Source: an uncultured Gemmatimonadaceae bacterium (GTDB taxonomy: Bacteria; Gemmatimonadota; Gemmatimonadetes; Gemmatimonadales; Gemmatimonadaceae). From it: a DNA stretch of 64,000 nucleotides. Shown here in pieces: positions 46,763 to 56,173 of this stretch. The stretch lies in NCBI GenBank assembly GCA_963829055.1, contig CAWHHI010000008.1, positions 224,001 to 288,000 of the forward strand, written 5' to 3'. The translations under genes were made by a program, and so were the position numbers. Under the pieces are notes generated by a model. That model was not told the DNA's origin, ran no database searches, and saw only the letters and a program-made list of their open reading frames with translations. Positions within the stretch are counted from its first letter, which is position 1. Each line of letters starts with the position of its first letter.

Positions 46763-46807
46763 GTCAGCCTCTCCGTTCAAGAGTCCGGCGGCCGACGGCG
46801 TCATCTT
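46763..46807 (+). promoter_or_regulatory. Candidate AraC-activated promoter of the second YtkA-like gene
   Basis: GTCAGCC-tctc-CGTTCAAGAG, 18 nt, CATCTT. Confidence 0.7.
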
Positions 46808-46861
46808 CCTGTCGCCTGCCAACGTTTGTTCGTTCTGATGCCCGTACGGGCGAGAGGAATC

Positions 46862-47419
46862 ATGCACACGCAGACTGGGGAACTTCCGATTTTCGGTGCG
46901 CCGGCGGATGCCGAGCAGCAGGGGACTCGACTGACCGTCACCATGGCCGGCGCGTTTCTGCTCATCGCCGCGCTGTCGTGGGCGACGTGGGCAAGACCCG
47001 CCGAGATGACCAACCTGTCGGCGAGTGCCGGAGTGCCGTCCGCGGCCGGCATCGTCACGAGCCTCGGCCTGCGCCCCTCGCACAACGCGCGCTACCAGGC
47101 CGAAGTCACGTCGGTCACGCCTTTCGCGCTCCGCGAGCCACAGCGTTGGGCGATACGCCTAACGCAACACGGCGAAGGGCAAGTCGCGAATGCGCGGATC
47201 AGAGTGAAGTCGTGGGCGCCCGAAACCGGCGAGGTGTCGCGCATCACGCCAAGCGCTCATTACGTCGGAGGCGGTCGATACGTGGTGGACGACATCATTT
47301 TCAACCGCCCGGGACTGTGGAACGTCGCACTGGTCATTGACGGCCCCGCCGGAGTCGACAGCGTCGCCTTCAACGTCATCATGCCAACGTCATCGCTGGA
47401 GGCGCGCCTGCAGCGGTGA
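46862..47419 (+). CDS. Second YtkA/FixH-like membrane-anchored protein lacking the His motif
   Basis: GAGGA RBS; TM helix; GGGRYVVDDIIFNRPGLWNV...GVDSVAFN aligns with GNGDHLVEGMKFNMGGWWVV...GSDSLVFN of 45531..45953. Confidence 0.72.
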   Translation: MHTQTGELPIFGAPADAEQQGTRLTVTMAGAFLLIAALSWATWARPAEMTNLSASAGVPSAAGIVTSLGLRPSHNARYQAEVTSVTPFALREPQRWAIRLTQHGEGQVANARIRVKSWAPETGEVSRITPSAHYVGGGRYVVDDIIFNRPGLWNVALVIDGPAGVDSVAFNVIMPTSSLEARLQR

Positions 47420-47548
47420 CCGGGCGGAATGTGTATTGCCCTTCAGCGCTCCGATGGACGCTCGACGGGCATTCGGTCCGGCAGCGTCTGTCTCGGGGGG
47501 CCATGCACACTACCGCGACACCCGCCGGGACCATGTTGGCCCAGCGAG

Positions 47549-47781
47549 CCGACGTCTCCGGGTCATATCCACGAGGACGTTAGGCGGACCCAACGTCTGG
47601 CACCTCGCGCCGGCGCTGGTCGCGGAGGTGCGCACCGGCTCGCTGGTCGACGTCGGGTGCAGAAGCGCAGAGGTCGTGCAGTCTCGAGGAGGCCGACGCG
47701 GTCGCGCACGTAATCGACGTGATGCGTCCGGGCGACATCGTCGTCATCATCGCCGACGCGGCGTCAGTGCTGCAGGATCAG
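47549..47781 (+). pseudogene. Probable cyanophycin synthetase remnant (extreme N- and C-terminal pieces only)
   Basis: LRVISTRTLGGPNVW resembles the CphA N-terminus; EEADAVAHVIDVMRPGDIVVIIAD resembles the Mur-ligase-like C-terminus. Confidence 0.5.
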
Positions 47782-47919
47782 CCCCTGGGGTACTGGGGCT
47801 GCACAGACGACTCGACCACCCGGCGCCTAACGCGTCGGGCGGGTCCCGGCGCGCCATCATCAGCGCGCCGCCGCCAGCACGCCCGCGGCGACGTGCGCGG
47901 CGCGCTGACGCCACCGAGA

Positions 47920-48555
47920 TCACCCGTCAGCGACGTCCATCCAGAACTCCGGGAGCCCACGCACTTGCTGCAAGGCTGCCGCAGCGCGCGGGTCTCGCAG
48001 CGCACGTGTCATCGTGCGCAGTGTCACACCATGGCTCGGCCGAGAGATGACCTCCGCGGCATCGCCCGCTCCGACGTCGCCCTCTTCGATGACGCGGAAG
48101 TACGCGCCCGAGCGTTCGGCGGCGAGGAATTTCTTCGGGAAGAGTCGATCGCCCATGCGAATGCCGAGCTTGTAGCACGGCAGACGTGGCTGTGCGACCT
48201 CGAGCAGCGCCGACCCGATCCGCCATCGCTCGCCAACGACCGTCGCGGAAAGATCGACGCCCTCGAGCGTTAGGTTCTCTCCGAACAGGCCCACCGGCGT
48301 CTCGATGCCCTCGTGCGAGCGCCAGAACTCGTAGTCCTCGCTCGCATAGGCGTACACCGCCTTGTCCGGGCCGCCGTGCACGGTCCTGTCAGCCTGATCG
48401 TCTCCGACGAAGTTCACGCCTCGGAGCGCGACGCGCCCGGTGACGGGCGACTTCCAGATCCCGGTGGTGACGAGCGTTCCGCGCCACTCGACTTCACGGA
48501 TGGCGCCGACGTTGACGGACAACACGCGTGGCGTCGTCGCCGTCGGGCTACTCAC
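47920..48555 (-). CDS. MOSC domain protein (YiiM-like)
   Basis: TGIWKSPV, GDDQADRTVHGGPDKAVY, FGENLT, QPRLPCYKL. Confidence 0.92.
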   Translation of the reverse strand: MSSPTATTPRVLSVNVGAIREVEWRGTLVTTGIWKSPVTGRVALRGVNFVGDDQADRTVHGGPDKAVYAYASEDYEFWRSHEGIETPVGLFGENLTLEGVDLSATVVGERWRIGSALLEVAQPRLPCYKLGIRMGDRLFPKKFLAAERSGAYFRVIEEGDVGAGDAAEVISRPSHGVTLRTMTRALRDPRAAAALQQVRGLPEFWMDVADG

Positions 48556-48910
48556 CGCCGCACGTCCGCGCCCACGGGATCAGATCGAGTCGCTCGAACG
48601 GGATGTCGCGGCCGGTGTTCTCACAGACACCGAACTCGTTAGGCCGCTGATACAGTCGCTCGAGGGCCGCGTCGATCTCGGCGAGCTCACGCGAGATGCG
48701 CGTCTCGTTCGACGCCTGGAGCTCGTCGTTCATGGTGTCGGTCCCGAGGTCGGCGGGGTGGAACGGCATTTGGGACAGGTCTCCCGCCTCATCTCGCTGG
48801 GTGCCGTCCGCCTGGTCAGTCACTTCTCGATTCAGCAGACTGAGCGCTCGCGCGCGCTCATCCAGCAGACGCCGTCCGAGGTGCGCGCGTTGCGCGGTGG
48901 TGAGGGACAT
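48548..48910 (-). CDS. TraR/DksA family protein (YteA-like), two-cysteine variant
   Basis: HPADLGTD, EIDAALERL...FGVCENTGRDIPFERLDLIPWARTC; AGGAG RBS. Confidence 0.88.
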   Translation of the reverse strand: MSLTTAQRAHLGRRLLDERARALSLLNREVTDQADGTQRDEAGDLSQMPFHPADLGTDTMNDELQASNETRISRELAEIDAALERLYQRPNEFGVCENTGRDIPFERLDLIPWARTCGGE

Positions 48911-48989
48911 GAGTTTGCTCCTGGTTGAGGGCCGTCAGGCGAGACTCTCGACTGAAGCATACCGGCGCGGCGCCGTCCTCAGAATGCTG

Positions 48990-49255
48990 CGCCGGTCCTA
49001 TCCTCAACGCGCCGACCAATCATCGTCTCGCGAAACGCAGGGTTCGAGGGTGGGTCCTTGGCTCTAGAGACTGGCAGGGTCCCACGCAGCAACCCGAGGG
49101 CGCCCTACATCGGGAACGGCCGCTATCAGGTGGACAGCATCTACTTCACTCGTCCGGAGTTGTGGAGCGTCGGACTCGTCATTCGCGCTGATGCGGGCGT
49201 GGACAGCCTTGCCTCCACCGCCAACATGCCAGACACATCACGACGACAGCGTTAG
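48990..49255 (+). pseudogene. Decayed third copy of the YtkA-like gene (3' half)
   Basis: YIGNGRYQVDSIYFTRPELWSVGLVIRADAGVDSLA vs YVGGGRYVVDDIIFNRPGLWNVALVIDGPAGVDSVA. Confidence 0.75.
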
Positions 49256-49300
49256 GCGCATCGATAACGGCACACGCAGGTGACTGGGGGCGTTAGGCAG

Positions 49301-51961
49301 TCACTGCGGGTGCTCCCGCAGGAACCGCTCGAACGCGGGCGTGCCGCGGAGCACGAATAGCGAAGGTTCCATGGCATATCGGCGTGATGTGTATCCCCCG
49401 CTGGGGCTCGCGAGTCCGGCGGCCAGCCAGCGCACGGCCGTCTCGGGTTCGCCCAGGCGCGCGTAGACCGCCGCTGCGGAGCGTGGGAAGAAGACATCGG
49501 TGAGGTCGGGCCGCGACGCTGTGCGGCGCGCCGTCGCGAGCGCTGTTACAAGCGTGCGACGTGCCACAGCGGTATCTCCGACACCTGCCTCGGCGAGAGC
49601 GCGCTGAAGCAGCAGCGTTGGCGCGTACGGTCCGGTCAGCGGCCGCGACATCAGCAGGGTACGAATCGAGTCGTAATACACGCGCGCGCCGGCCGGCTCC
49701 CCGCGGTGGTGGAAGACGTCCGCTTTGATGCTGTAGTAGAACAACACGCTATCGTAAAGCGCGGTAATACCCAGCTCGCGCGCCGACAGCGCGACATACC
49801 GTGAACCGTACGCTCCGCCGATGTATGGCATGTACCCGAGCACGGTATTGTCGGGCCGGGAGACATGGGCGAGTGCACGGTCCAAAGTGCGCCGTTGGGT
49901 AGTCGTATCTTCAAGATTGAATGTCAGTTCCAGTAGTACCGCCCACCCTCGCGAGTCAGTCGAGTCGAGTGCGACGCTGGCGTCCGAGTAGCGGCGCGCG
50001 TCGTCCCATCGACGCATCATGACCGCCTCGTTCGCCACGAGCACAAGCGATCGCATGGAGCGTGGGTCGAGGACCGCAGCGCGTTTGGCAAGCGCATAAC
50101 CACTGTCGGCGTGCTGGCGCAGCAACAAAAGGATGCTTGCGCCGCGGAGAACGGCTGGATCATTGGGTGCTGCCGAGAGTGCCCGCGCGACCAGCGTATC
50201 GGCACTCGTGGTGTCGTGGTCGTAGTCAAATCGAAGACCGGCGAGTGCGAGAAGGACGCGCGGCTGACCGGGGGCGTGCACGAGCGCGCGATCGATGGTC
50301 GCGCGCGTGCGCGCCTCCGAGTCACGGTCAACGGTCGTGAAGATGGCCAGTGCGTAGTACACTGCTGCGAGCTCGCCCCACGCCTCGGCGAACATGGAGT
50401 CGAGTGCGACCGCGGTCTCGAACTCGGCTGCCGCTCGCTTCATCCCCTCTGTCGACGCTCCGTACGCGACCGCGTCCCACGCGGCGACGCCGCGCACCCA
50501 CGCCGCGAACGCTTCCGGACTATTCGTCATCCGCCGGGCGAGCGCAGCGCGGTCGTTAGGCCGGAGCTCGACGGCCAGCGCGTCGGCCACCTTCGTGGCG
50601 ATGTCACCCTGCGCGGTGAACGGGTCGCCCGGCGTGATCACCACCGGCGTTCCGGTCCAGCGGGTGGTGCCGGCCCGGGCGTCGACGAGCGTCGGCGTCA
50701 CCTGCGCGCGCCACACCCCACCGGCGTCCTTCGCCCAGCGCACCACGCCTTCGAGCAGCCACAGCACGCCGAGCTCGGCGCCGATCTGCTTCGCCGATTT
50801 CGTCGTCTGCCGGTACTGTGCGGCACTCTGCCGGTCGATGACGGCGAGCCCGGGGAGCGCGACCAGCTTCGCGGTCACCGCGTCGGTCAGCCCGTCGGTG
50901 AACACCGTCTGCTCGCTCGGACCGGCGTTCTCGAACGGCAGGACGGCTAGCATCACGGGGCCTGTCGGGTCGGCGACAACGGCCAAGCTCCGCCTCGTTC
51001 CCCACGCGTATGCCCCGGCCGCGACTGCGACGGTGAGAATGGCCGCAGCAATGCCGACCCACGGCCGCCGCGCCGGCCGCGGGCGGTGCTCGCCCGACCA
51101 GGCAGTCCCGTCGAGCACCGTCGAGCAGCTCGGCGGCTGACGCGGGGCGCTCGCGCCGGATCTTTCGCGAGGCATCCGCATCACGAGCGCGCCGAGCACC
51201 GACGGGACGCCGCTGCCTAACGGGCCGGTCGACGCGAGCGCCGGCGGCACTTCCGACATGTGCGCCGCGATCAGCTGCGGGGCCGTCGTCCTGCCGGCGA
51301 ACGGATGGCGGCCCGCGAGCAGCTCGTACGCGATCACACCCCACGCGTAGAGATCAGCGCGTGCGTCGACGTCGCCGCCCGCCGCCTGCTCCGGCGCCAT
51401 GTACGCCGGCGTCCCGAGCGACGTGCCCCGCTGCGTCAGCGTCGCGTCCGCCGGCGCCGTCCGCGCCGCCGAGAGCGCCTTCGCGATGCCAAAGTCGGTA
51501 ACGACCGCGGTGCCTGACGAGAGCAGCACGTTCGCCGGCTTGATGTCGCGGTGCACGATGCCGTGGGCGTGTGCATACCCGAGCGCACGCGCCACGTCAC
51601 GCAGAATACTCACCGCTTCGGACAGCGGCACAGGGCCGCGCGCGATGCGCGCCCGTAGGTCGTCGCCATCGACGAGCGGCATCGTATACCACGGCAACCC
51701 GTCGGCCGTCGCGCCGGCCGCGTGCACCGGCACGATGTGCGGCTCCTGCAGCGCGGCCGCGAGCCTGATCTCACGCGTGAAGCGCTCGGCACTCAAGCCT
51801 GCAGCGAGCTCGGGTGCTAGGACCTTCACAACGACGTCGCGGCCGAGCGCCTGGTCGCGCGCCACGAACACGCGGGACGTCCCCCCGCCCCCGAGCTCGC
51901 GCTCGAGCGTGAAGCCGGGGCCGAGCGACGTCTGGAGGTGCTGGCGGAGCGGATCGCTCAA
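49301..51961 (-). CDS. Ser/Thr protein kinase with TM helix, TolB-like domain and TPR repeats
   Basis: ELGGGG, VVVK, HRDIKPAN, DFG, GTPAYMAPE, LAVLPFEN, FTDGLTD; compensating indels at 51120-51180; TTG start at 51961 (alternative 52009). Confidence 0.92.
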   Translation of the reverse strand: MSDPLRQHLQTSLGPGFTLERELGGGGTSRVFVARDQALGRDVVVKVLAPELAAGLSAERFTREIRLAAALQEPHIVPVHAAGATADGLPWYTMPLVDGDDLRARIARGPVPLSEAVSILRDVARALGYAHAHGIVHRDIKPANVLLSSGTAVVTDFGIAKALSAARTAPADATLTQRGTSLGTPAYMAPEQAAGGDVDARADLYAWGVIAYELLAGRHPFAGRTTAPQLIAAHMSEVPPALASTGPLGSGVPSVLGALVMRMPRERSGASAPRQPPSCSTVLDGTAWSGEHRPRPARRPWVGIAAAILTVAVAAGAYAWGTRRSLAVVADPTGPVMLAVLPFENAGPSEQTVFTDGLTDAVTAKLVALPGLAVIDRQSAAQYRQTTKSAKQIGAELGVLWLLEGVVRWAKDAGGVWRAQVTPTLVDARAGTTRWTGTPVVITPGDPFTAQGDIATKVADALAVELRPNDRAALARRMTNSPEAFAAWVRGVAAWDAVAYGASTEGMKRAAAEFETAVALDSMFAEAWGELAAVYYALAIFTTVDRDSEARTRATIDRALVHAPGQPRVLLALAGLRFDYDHDTTSADTLVARALSAAPNDPAVLRGASILLLLRQHADSGYALAKRAAVLDPRSMRSLVLVANEAVMMRRWDDARRYSDASVALDSTDSRGWAVLLELTFNLEDTTTQRRTLDRALAHVSRPDNTVLGYMPYIGGAYGSRYVALSARELGITALYDSVLFYYSIKADVFHHRGEPAGARVYYDSIRTLLMSRPLTGPYAPTLLLQRALAEAGVGDTAVARRTLVTALATARRTASRPDLTDVFFPRSAAAVYARLGEPETAVRWLAAGLASPSGGYTSRRYAMEPSLFVLRGTPAFERFLREHPQ

Positions 51962-52095
51962 GGTGGGACCGGCGAGGGACTGCGAGCGCGCAGACGCGCC
52001 AGTGAACATACGCCGAGGTTCACGACGTGTCCACTCGGGCCGGCGGCGCTTAGTGGTCCTGCCTAACTACCGCACGAACGTTCGGCGTCACCATT

Positions 52096-52117
52096 GGCGA
52101 CGCGATATCGCGTCGCC
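52096..52117. other. Perfect 22-bp palindrome between the MFS gene and the kinase
   Basis: GGCGACGCGATATCGCGTCGCC. Confidence 0.5.
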
Positions 52118-52215
52118 TGGACAGTGCTTGTGAAAATCGCGTTCAGCGGAGCGCGCAGGCGCGCCGCGACCGTGGGAATCCAAACGCGCCGCGTTTCTCG
52201 TTAGGCCCGCGACGT

Positions 52216-53868
52216 CTACTCCATGATCGCGTGAGATCCGCCAGCACCGCGCGTCTGCCGCACGAGCAGGAGCATGGGGATGATCGCCAGAATGATGATC
52301 GCGCTGAGCACGTAGACGCGGGAATACGCGATCACACTCGCCTGCCCCATGAGCTGTCCCTCGATCAGCCGATACGCTCGCGCGCGCGCCGTCACTGCGT
52401 CCACACCTCGGCCCATCATGCCGCGCGTGAGCATCTCGACCCGATTCAGACTCGTCGCATCGATCGACGTGACGTGCTCGGCCAGCACGGCGCGATACTG
52501 CGCCGTGTATCGCGAGAGCAGCGTCGCGATACCCGCGATGCCGAACGAGCCACCGAGCTGGCGGAAGAAGTTGTAGAGCCCGGTTCCCTGCGGCAGCTCC
52601 GCGGTCGAGAGCTCGGCAAGCGTGATCGTGGTGAGCGGCACGAACATCAAGCCGAGGCCCGACGCCGCGGAGAATGAGCGGCCAGAAGAAATCGCCGGCG
52701 CCGCTCTCGCCGGTGATGCGCGATAGCTCCCACGCCGCGGTCGCGAAGATCAGCGCGCCCGCCGTGATGAGCAGTCGAGGATCCACGCGACTCGTCAGGC
52801 GGCCGACGACCAGCATCGAGAGCGCGGTCGCGACGGCACCCGGCAGCAGCACGATGCCCGTCTGCTCCGCCGTCATGTGCAGGTTGCTCTGCAGGAAGAC
52901 CGGGAGCGTGAACGACATGGCGTAGAGCCCGATGCCCATCACGACGCCGAGCAGCGTACCCACCCACATCTGGCGATGACGGAGGACGCGGAAGTCGATG
53001 ACCGGCTCGCGCGTCGTGAGCTCTCGCCACACGCAGCGCGACGCCGCCGACGACGCCGATCGACCGCGAGACTCGTGATGAAACGGGATTCGAACCAGTC
53101 GTCGCGCTGTCCGTGCTCGAGCAGGTACTGCAGCGCCCCGACGCTCACGGCCAGCAGCCCGATGCCAACATAGTCGATCGCGCCCGGCTTCTTCTGGTCG
53201 GCGCGGTCGTGGACGTACGCCGCGATCATGACCGACGCGAGGATACCGACCGGGATGTTGATGTAGAAGATCCACGGCCACCCGTAGTTGTCCGTCAGCC
53301 ACCCGCCTAACGTTGGACCGATCGTCGGGCCGACCATCACGCCGACGCCGAACAGCGCCATGGCGGTGCCGGCCTCCTCGGGCGGGAAGGACTCGAGCAG
53401 CACGGCCTGGGACACGGTCATGAGCGCGCCACCACCGATGCCCTGGACGATGCGCCAGAAGATCAGCGCGCCGAGCGAGTGTGACGCGCCGCAGAAGAAC
53501 GACGACACGGTGAACAGCGCGATCGAGCCGACGAAGTAGCGCTTCCGTCCGAACAGCTGACCGAGCCAGCCCGTGAGCGGGATGACGATCACGCTCGCGA
53601 GGATGTAGCCGGTCGTGACCCACGCGATCTCGTCGAGCGATGCGCCGAGGTTGCCCATCATGTCGGGCAGCGCGACGTTCACGATGGAGCTGTCGATGAC
53701 CTGCATGAGCGCGGCGAGCACGACAGCGAACGCGATGAGGTAGCGATGCTCCTCACCGCGACGGCGCTCGGGGACGGCAACGCCGGCGGGCGCCTCTGGC
53801 GTTAGGTCTTCTTCGATCGGGGTGGTACCCGCGCCGGCGTGGTCGTCGTCGACCTGAATCGTGGTCAT
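52216..53868 (-). CDS. DHA2 (EmrB/QacA) MFS efflux permease (apparent frameshifts near 53050 and 52660)
   Basis: MQVIDSSIVNVALP, WVTTGYILA, FGRKRY, GPTLGGWLTD..WPWIFYINIPVG, NFFRQLGGSFGIA. Confidence 0.92.
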
Positions 53869-53886
53869 CGCAAGCGGCGAGTTCTG

Positions 53887-53903
53887 TACTCGCCAGTAGA
53901 ATA
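53887..53903. promoter_or_regulatory. Candidate TetR operator upstream of the MFS gene
   Basis: TACTCGCCAGTAGAATA, similar to 54657-54673. Confidence 0.5.
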
Positions 53904-53941
53904 GTGAGCCCGTCCGCGGGACGGTCGCAGCTGAAGCCGCA

Positions 53942-54607
53942 TCATCGTTTGATACGGAGTCGGCGTGACGGAGGCGTCAGCGGACGCAGGCCGTGCAGGA
54001 ACAGCTCGACCGCCGAGTCGGCGAGACGGTCCTGGGAGACCGTGAGGCCAGGAACCTGCTTGGCGTATTGCTGCCACACCGTCTGCTGCAGCAAGCCGGA
54101 CACCAGCAGCCGCGCAGCAACATCGCCGTCGGCATCGGAACGAAAGTCGCCGCTTGCCTGCCCCTCGCGGACGAGCGTCGCGATGACTCGAGCGGCGGCG
54201 GTCGGCCCACCGGCTAGCCATCGTCGATACGCCTCGGGTGCCTCGTGGGCGATCCCCTGGAGCAGCAGCGTGACGACTGCCAGGCGTTCCTTGGTGAGCG
54301 ACCCGAACCACGCGCGGATGATGAGACGAACGCGCGTGGAGACGGGCGCGGTCTTGTCGCGAAGGATCTCGTCGATCCGCCCGAGCGCGGCCTCGCGTCG
54401 ATGATCGATCGCGCGGAGCAACAGCTCTTCCTTGTTCGCGAAGTAGTGGTAGATGGTGCCCTTCGTGACGCCGGCCGCTTCTCCGACGTGCTCGAGACGC
54501 GTGTTCCGATACCCTCGCTCCGCGAACACGGCGAGCGCGGCGTCGAGGATCTCGTTAGGCCGGTCGTCGGGGCGACGCTCCCAGCGAAGTGCTTTGGCGG
54601 GCGGCAT
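53942..54607 (-). CDS. TetR/AcrR family transcriptional regulator
   Basis: EILDAALAVFAERGY..TRLEHVGEAAGVTKGTIYHYFANKEELL. Confidence 0.93.
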   Translation of the reverse strand: MPPAKALRWERRPDDRPNEILDAALAVFAERGYRNTRLEHVGEAAGVTKGTIYHYFANKEELLLRAIDHRREAALGRIDEILRDKTAPVSTRVRLIIRAWFGSLTKERLAVVTLLLQGIAHEAPEAYRRWLAGGPTAAARVIATLVREGQASGDFRSDADGDVAARLLVSGLLQQTVWQQYAKQVPGLTVSQDRLADSAVELFLHGLRPLTPPSRRLRIKR

Positions 54608-54656
54608 GGACGGGTGTATGCGGTTCGGATCGGGAACGACGGACGTACGAGTTATC

Positions 54657-54673
54657 TACTCTGGAGTATAATA
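54657..54673. promoter_or_regulatory. Candidate TetR operator overlapping the tetR -10 region
   Basis: Palindrome TACTC-tg-GAGTA followed by TAATA in an AT-rich patch. Confidence 0.55.
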
Positions 54674-54684
54674 TAAACGGCGCA

Positions 54685-54923
54685 GGCTCTAACGGCGCGA
54701 AATGCCAGACGGCGCGAAATCCCGAACGGCGCGGAATCCCGAACAGCGCCAGATGCCAAAGGGCGCGGAATCCCAGAAGGCGCCAAACGGCGGTGCCGTC
54801 CGCTTTTGTCGCCGTTCGTCTTTGTCGCCGTTCGGGATTTCGCGCTGTCTGGGATTTCGCGCCGTCTGGGATTTCGCGCCGTCTGGGATTTCGCGCCGTT
54901 CGGCATTCCGCGCCGTTAGAGCC
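54685..54923. repeat. Long inverted repeat built from about 17-bp tandem units
   Basis: Left arm of 5-6 units of ACGGCGCGAAATCCCAG-like; right arm of 5 units of CTGGGATTTCGCGCCGT; termini GGCTCTAACGGCGCG / CGCGCCGTTAGAGCC. Confidence 0.9.
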
Positions 54924-54952
54924 CTTGCGCCGTTTCGCTCTTTAAGTGCTCC

Positions 54953-55987
54953 TCAGCCGTAAACCGTAACCGGTGGCGTATTCAGCCGCGGATTCAGCCG
55001 CTGATGCCAGTACGGGTAGATCGGTCGTCGCTGGCTCACACGGTCCAGCTTCTCCATGTGGGCGGCATTCAGCGTCCACCCAACCGCGCCGAGATTCTCG
55101 CGCAACTGCGCCTCGGTCCGCGCGCCGATCACAACGCTCGCCACCGTGGGCCGCGTGAGCACCCAGTTGAGCGCGACCTGCGACACGCTGCGCCCGACAT
55201 CACGGGCGACGTCCTCCAGCACGTCCACGATGTCGTACAGCTTCTCGAGGTCCCCCGCGCGCTCGAGCCCGAGCTGACTCACGCGCGTGCCGTCCATCAC
55301 CGGCGCGCCTCGGCGCACCTTCCCGGACAGCGCACCGCCAGCCAGCGGACTCCAGACCACCGTCCCCACACGCTGGTCGAGCGCCAGCGGCATGAGCTCC
55401 CACTCGTACTCGCGCGACACGAGCGAGTAGTACGCCTGATGCGCGACGTACGATGTCCAGCCGTAGCGCTCGGACGTCGCGAGCGACTTCATGAGATGCC
55501 AGCCCGAGAAGTTCGAGCACCCGATGTATCGAACCTTGCCGCTCCGGACGAGGTCATCCAGCGCGCGAAGCGTTTCGTCCACCGGCGTGTTCTCGTCGAA
55601 CCCGTGCATGTAGTAGACGTCGACGTGATCGGTCCCGAGTCGCCGCAGGCTGTCCTCGCAGGCGCGCATGAGGAAGTGGCGCGACGACCCGACCTCGTTA
55701 GGCCCGCTGCCCATGGGGAACGTGGCTTTCGTCGCGAGGAGAATATCCTCACGGCGCCCCGCGATGGCGGCACCGAGAATCTCTTCGGCGCGACCGGTAG
55801 AGTACGAATTGGCGGTGTCGAAGAACGTCGCGCCGGCGTCCACGCACATATCGACCATCCGCTTCGCCTCGGCCACGTCGGTGCTGCCCCACGCGCGGTA
55901 GAAGTCGTTACCGCCGCCGAACGTGGCGGTGCCGAAGCTCAGTACGGGCACGCGCAACCCGGCACGGCCCAGCTGCCGAAATTCCAT
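54953..55987 (-). CDS. Aldo/keto reductase
   Basis: MEFRQLG..GL.VPVLSFGT, FFDTANSYS, LATK, GKVRYIGCSN, VWSPLAGG; GGAG RBS. Confidence 0.93.
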   Translation of the reverse strand: MEFRQLGRAGLRVPVLSFGTATFGGGNDFYRAWGSTDVAEAKRMVDMCVDAGATFFDTANSYSTGRAEEILGAAIAGRREDILLATKATFPMGSGPNEVGSSRHFLMRACEDSLRRLGTDHVDVYYMHGFDENTPVDETLRALDDLVRSGKVRYIGCSNFSGWHLMKSLATSERYGWTSYVAHQAYYSLVSREYEWELMPLALDQRVGTVVWSPLAGGALSGKVRRGAPVMDGTRVSQLGLERAGDLEKLYDIVDVLEDVARDVGRSVSQVALNWVLTRPTVASVVIGARTEAQLRENLGAVGWTLNAAHMEKLDRVSQRRPIYPYWHQRLNPRLNTPPVTVYG

Positions 55988-56013
55988 CGGTCGTCTCCGT
56001 AGTGGAAGAGCCA

Positions 56014-56166
56014 TGTCATTCCGAGCGGAGCCGCGAAGCGGCGCGGAGTGCCCTCTGGGCGCATCGAGGAATCGCGATCGTCCCGGTAGAGGGCTCTCTA
56101 CCTACACGGTCTCGATTCCTCGACTCGCTCCGCTCGCTCGGAATGACAACTCCGCTCGGAATGACA
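56014..56166. repeat. Palindromic REP/MITE-like element, copy 1, with a duplicated right arm
   Basis: TGTCATTCCGAGCG...CGAGGAATC..GGTAGAGGGCTCTCTACC..GATTCCTCG...CGCTCGGAATGACA. Confidence 0.88.
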
Positions 56167-56173
56167 ACGCTAG

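Noticed and set aside
52061..52206. GCCTAAC...GTTAGGC pair resembling integron attC core sites (RYYYAAC/GTTRRRY)
   Set aside because: Complementarity stops after 7 nt, there are no L boxes and no integrase, and the heptamer is common throughout coding DNA
54685..54923. Possible CRISPR array
   Set aside because: Units are contiguous 17-mers without unique spacers, the two halves are inverted, and there are no cas genes
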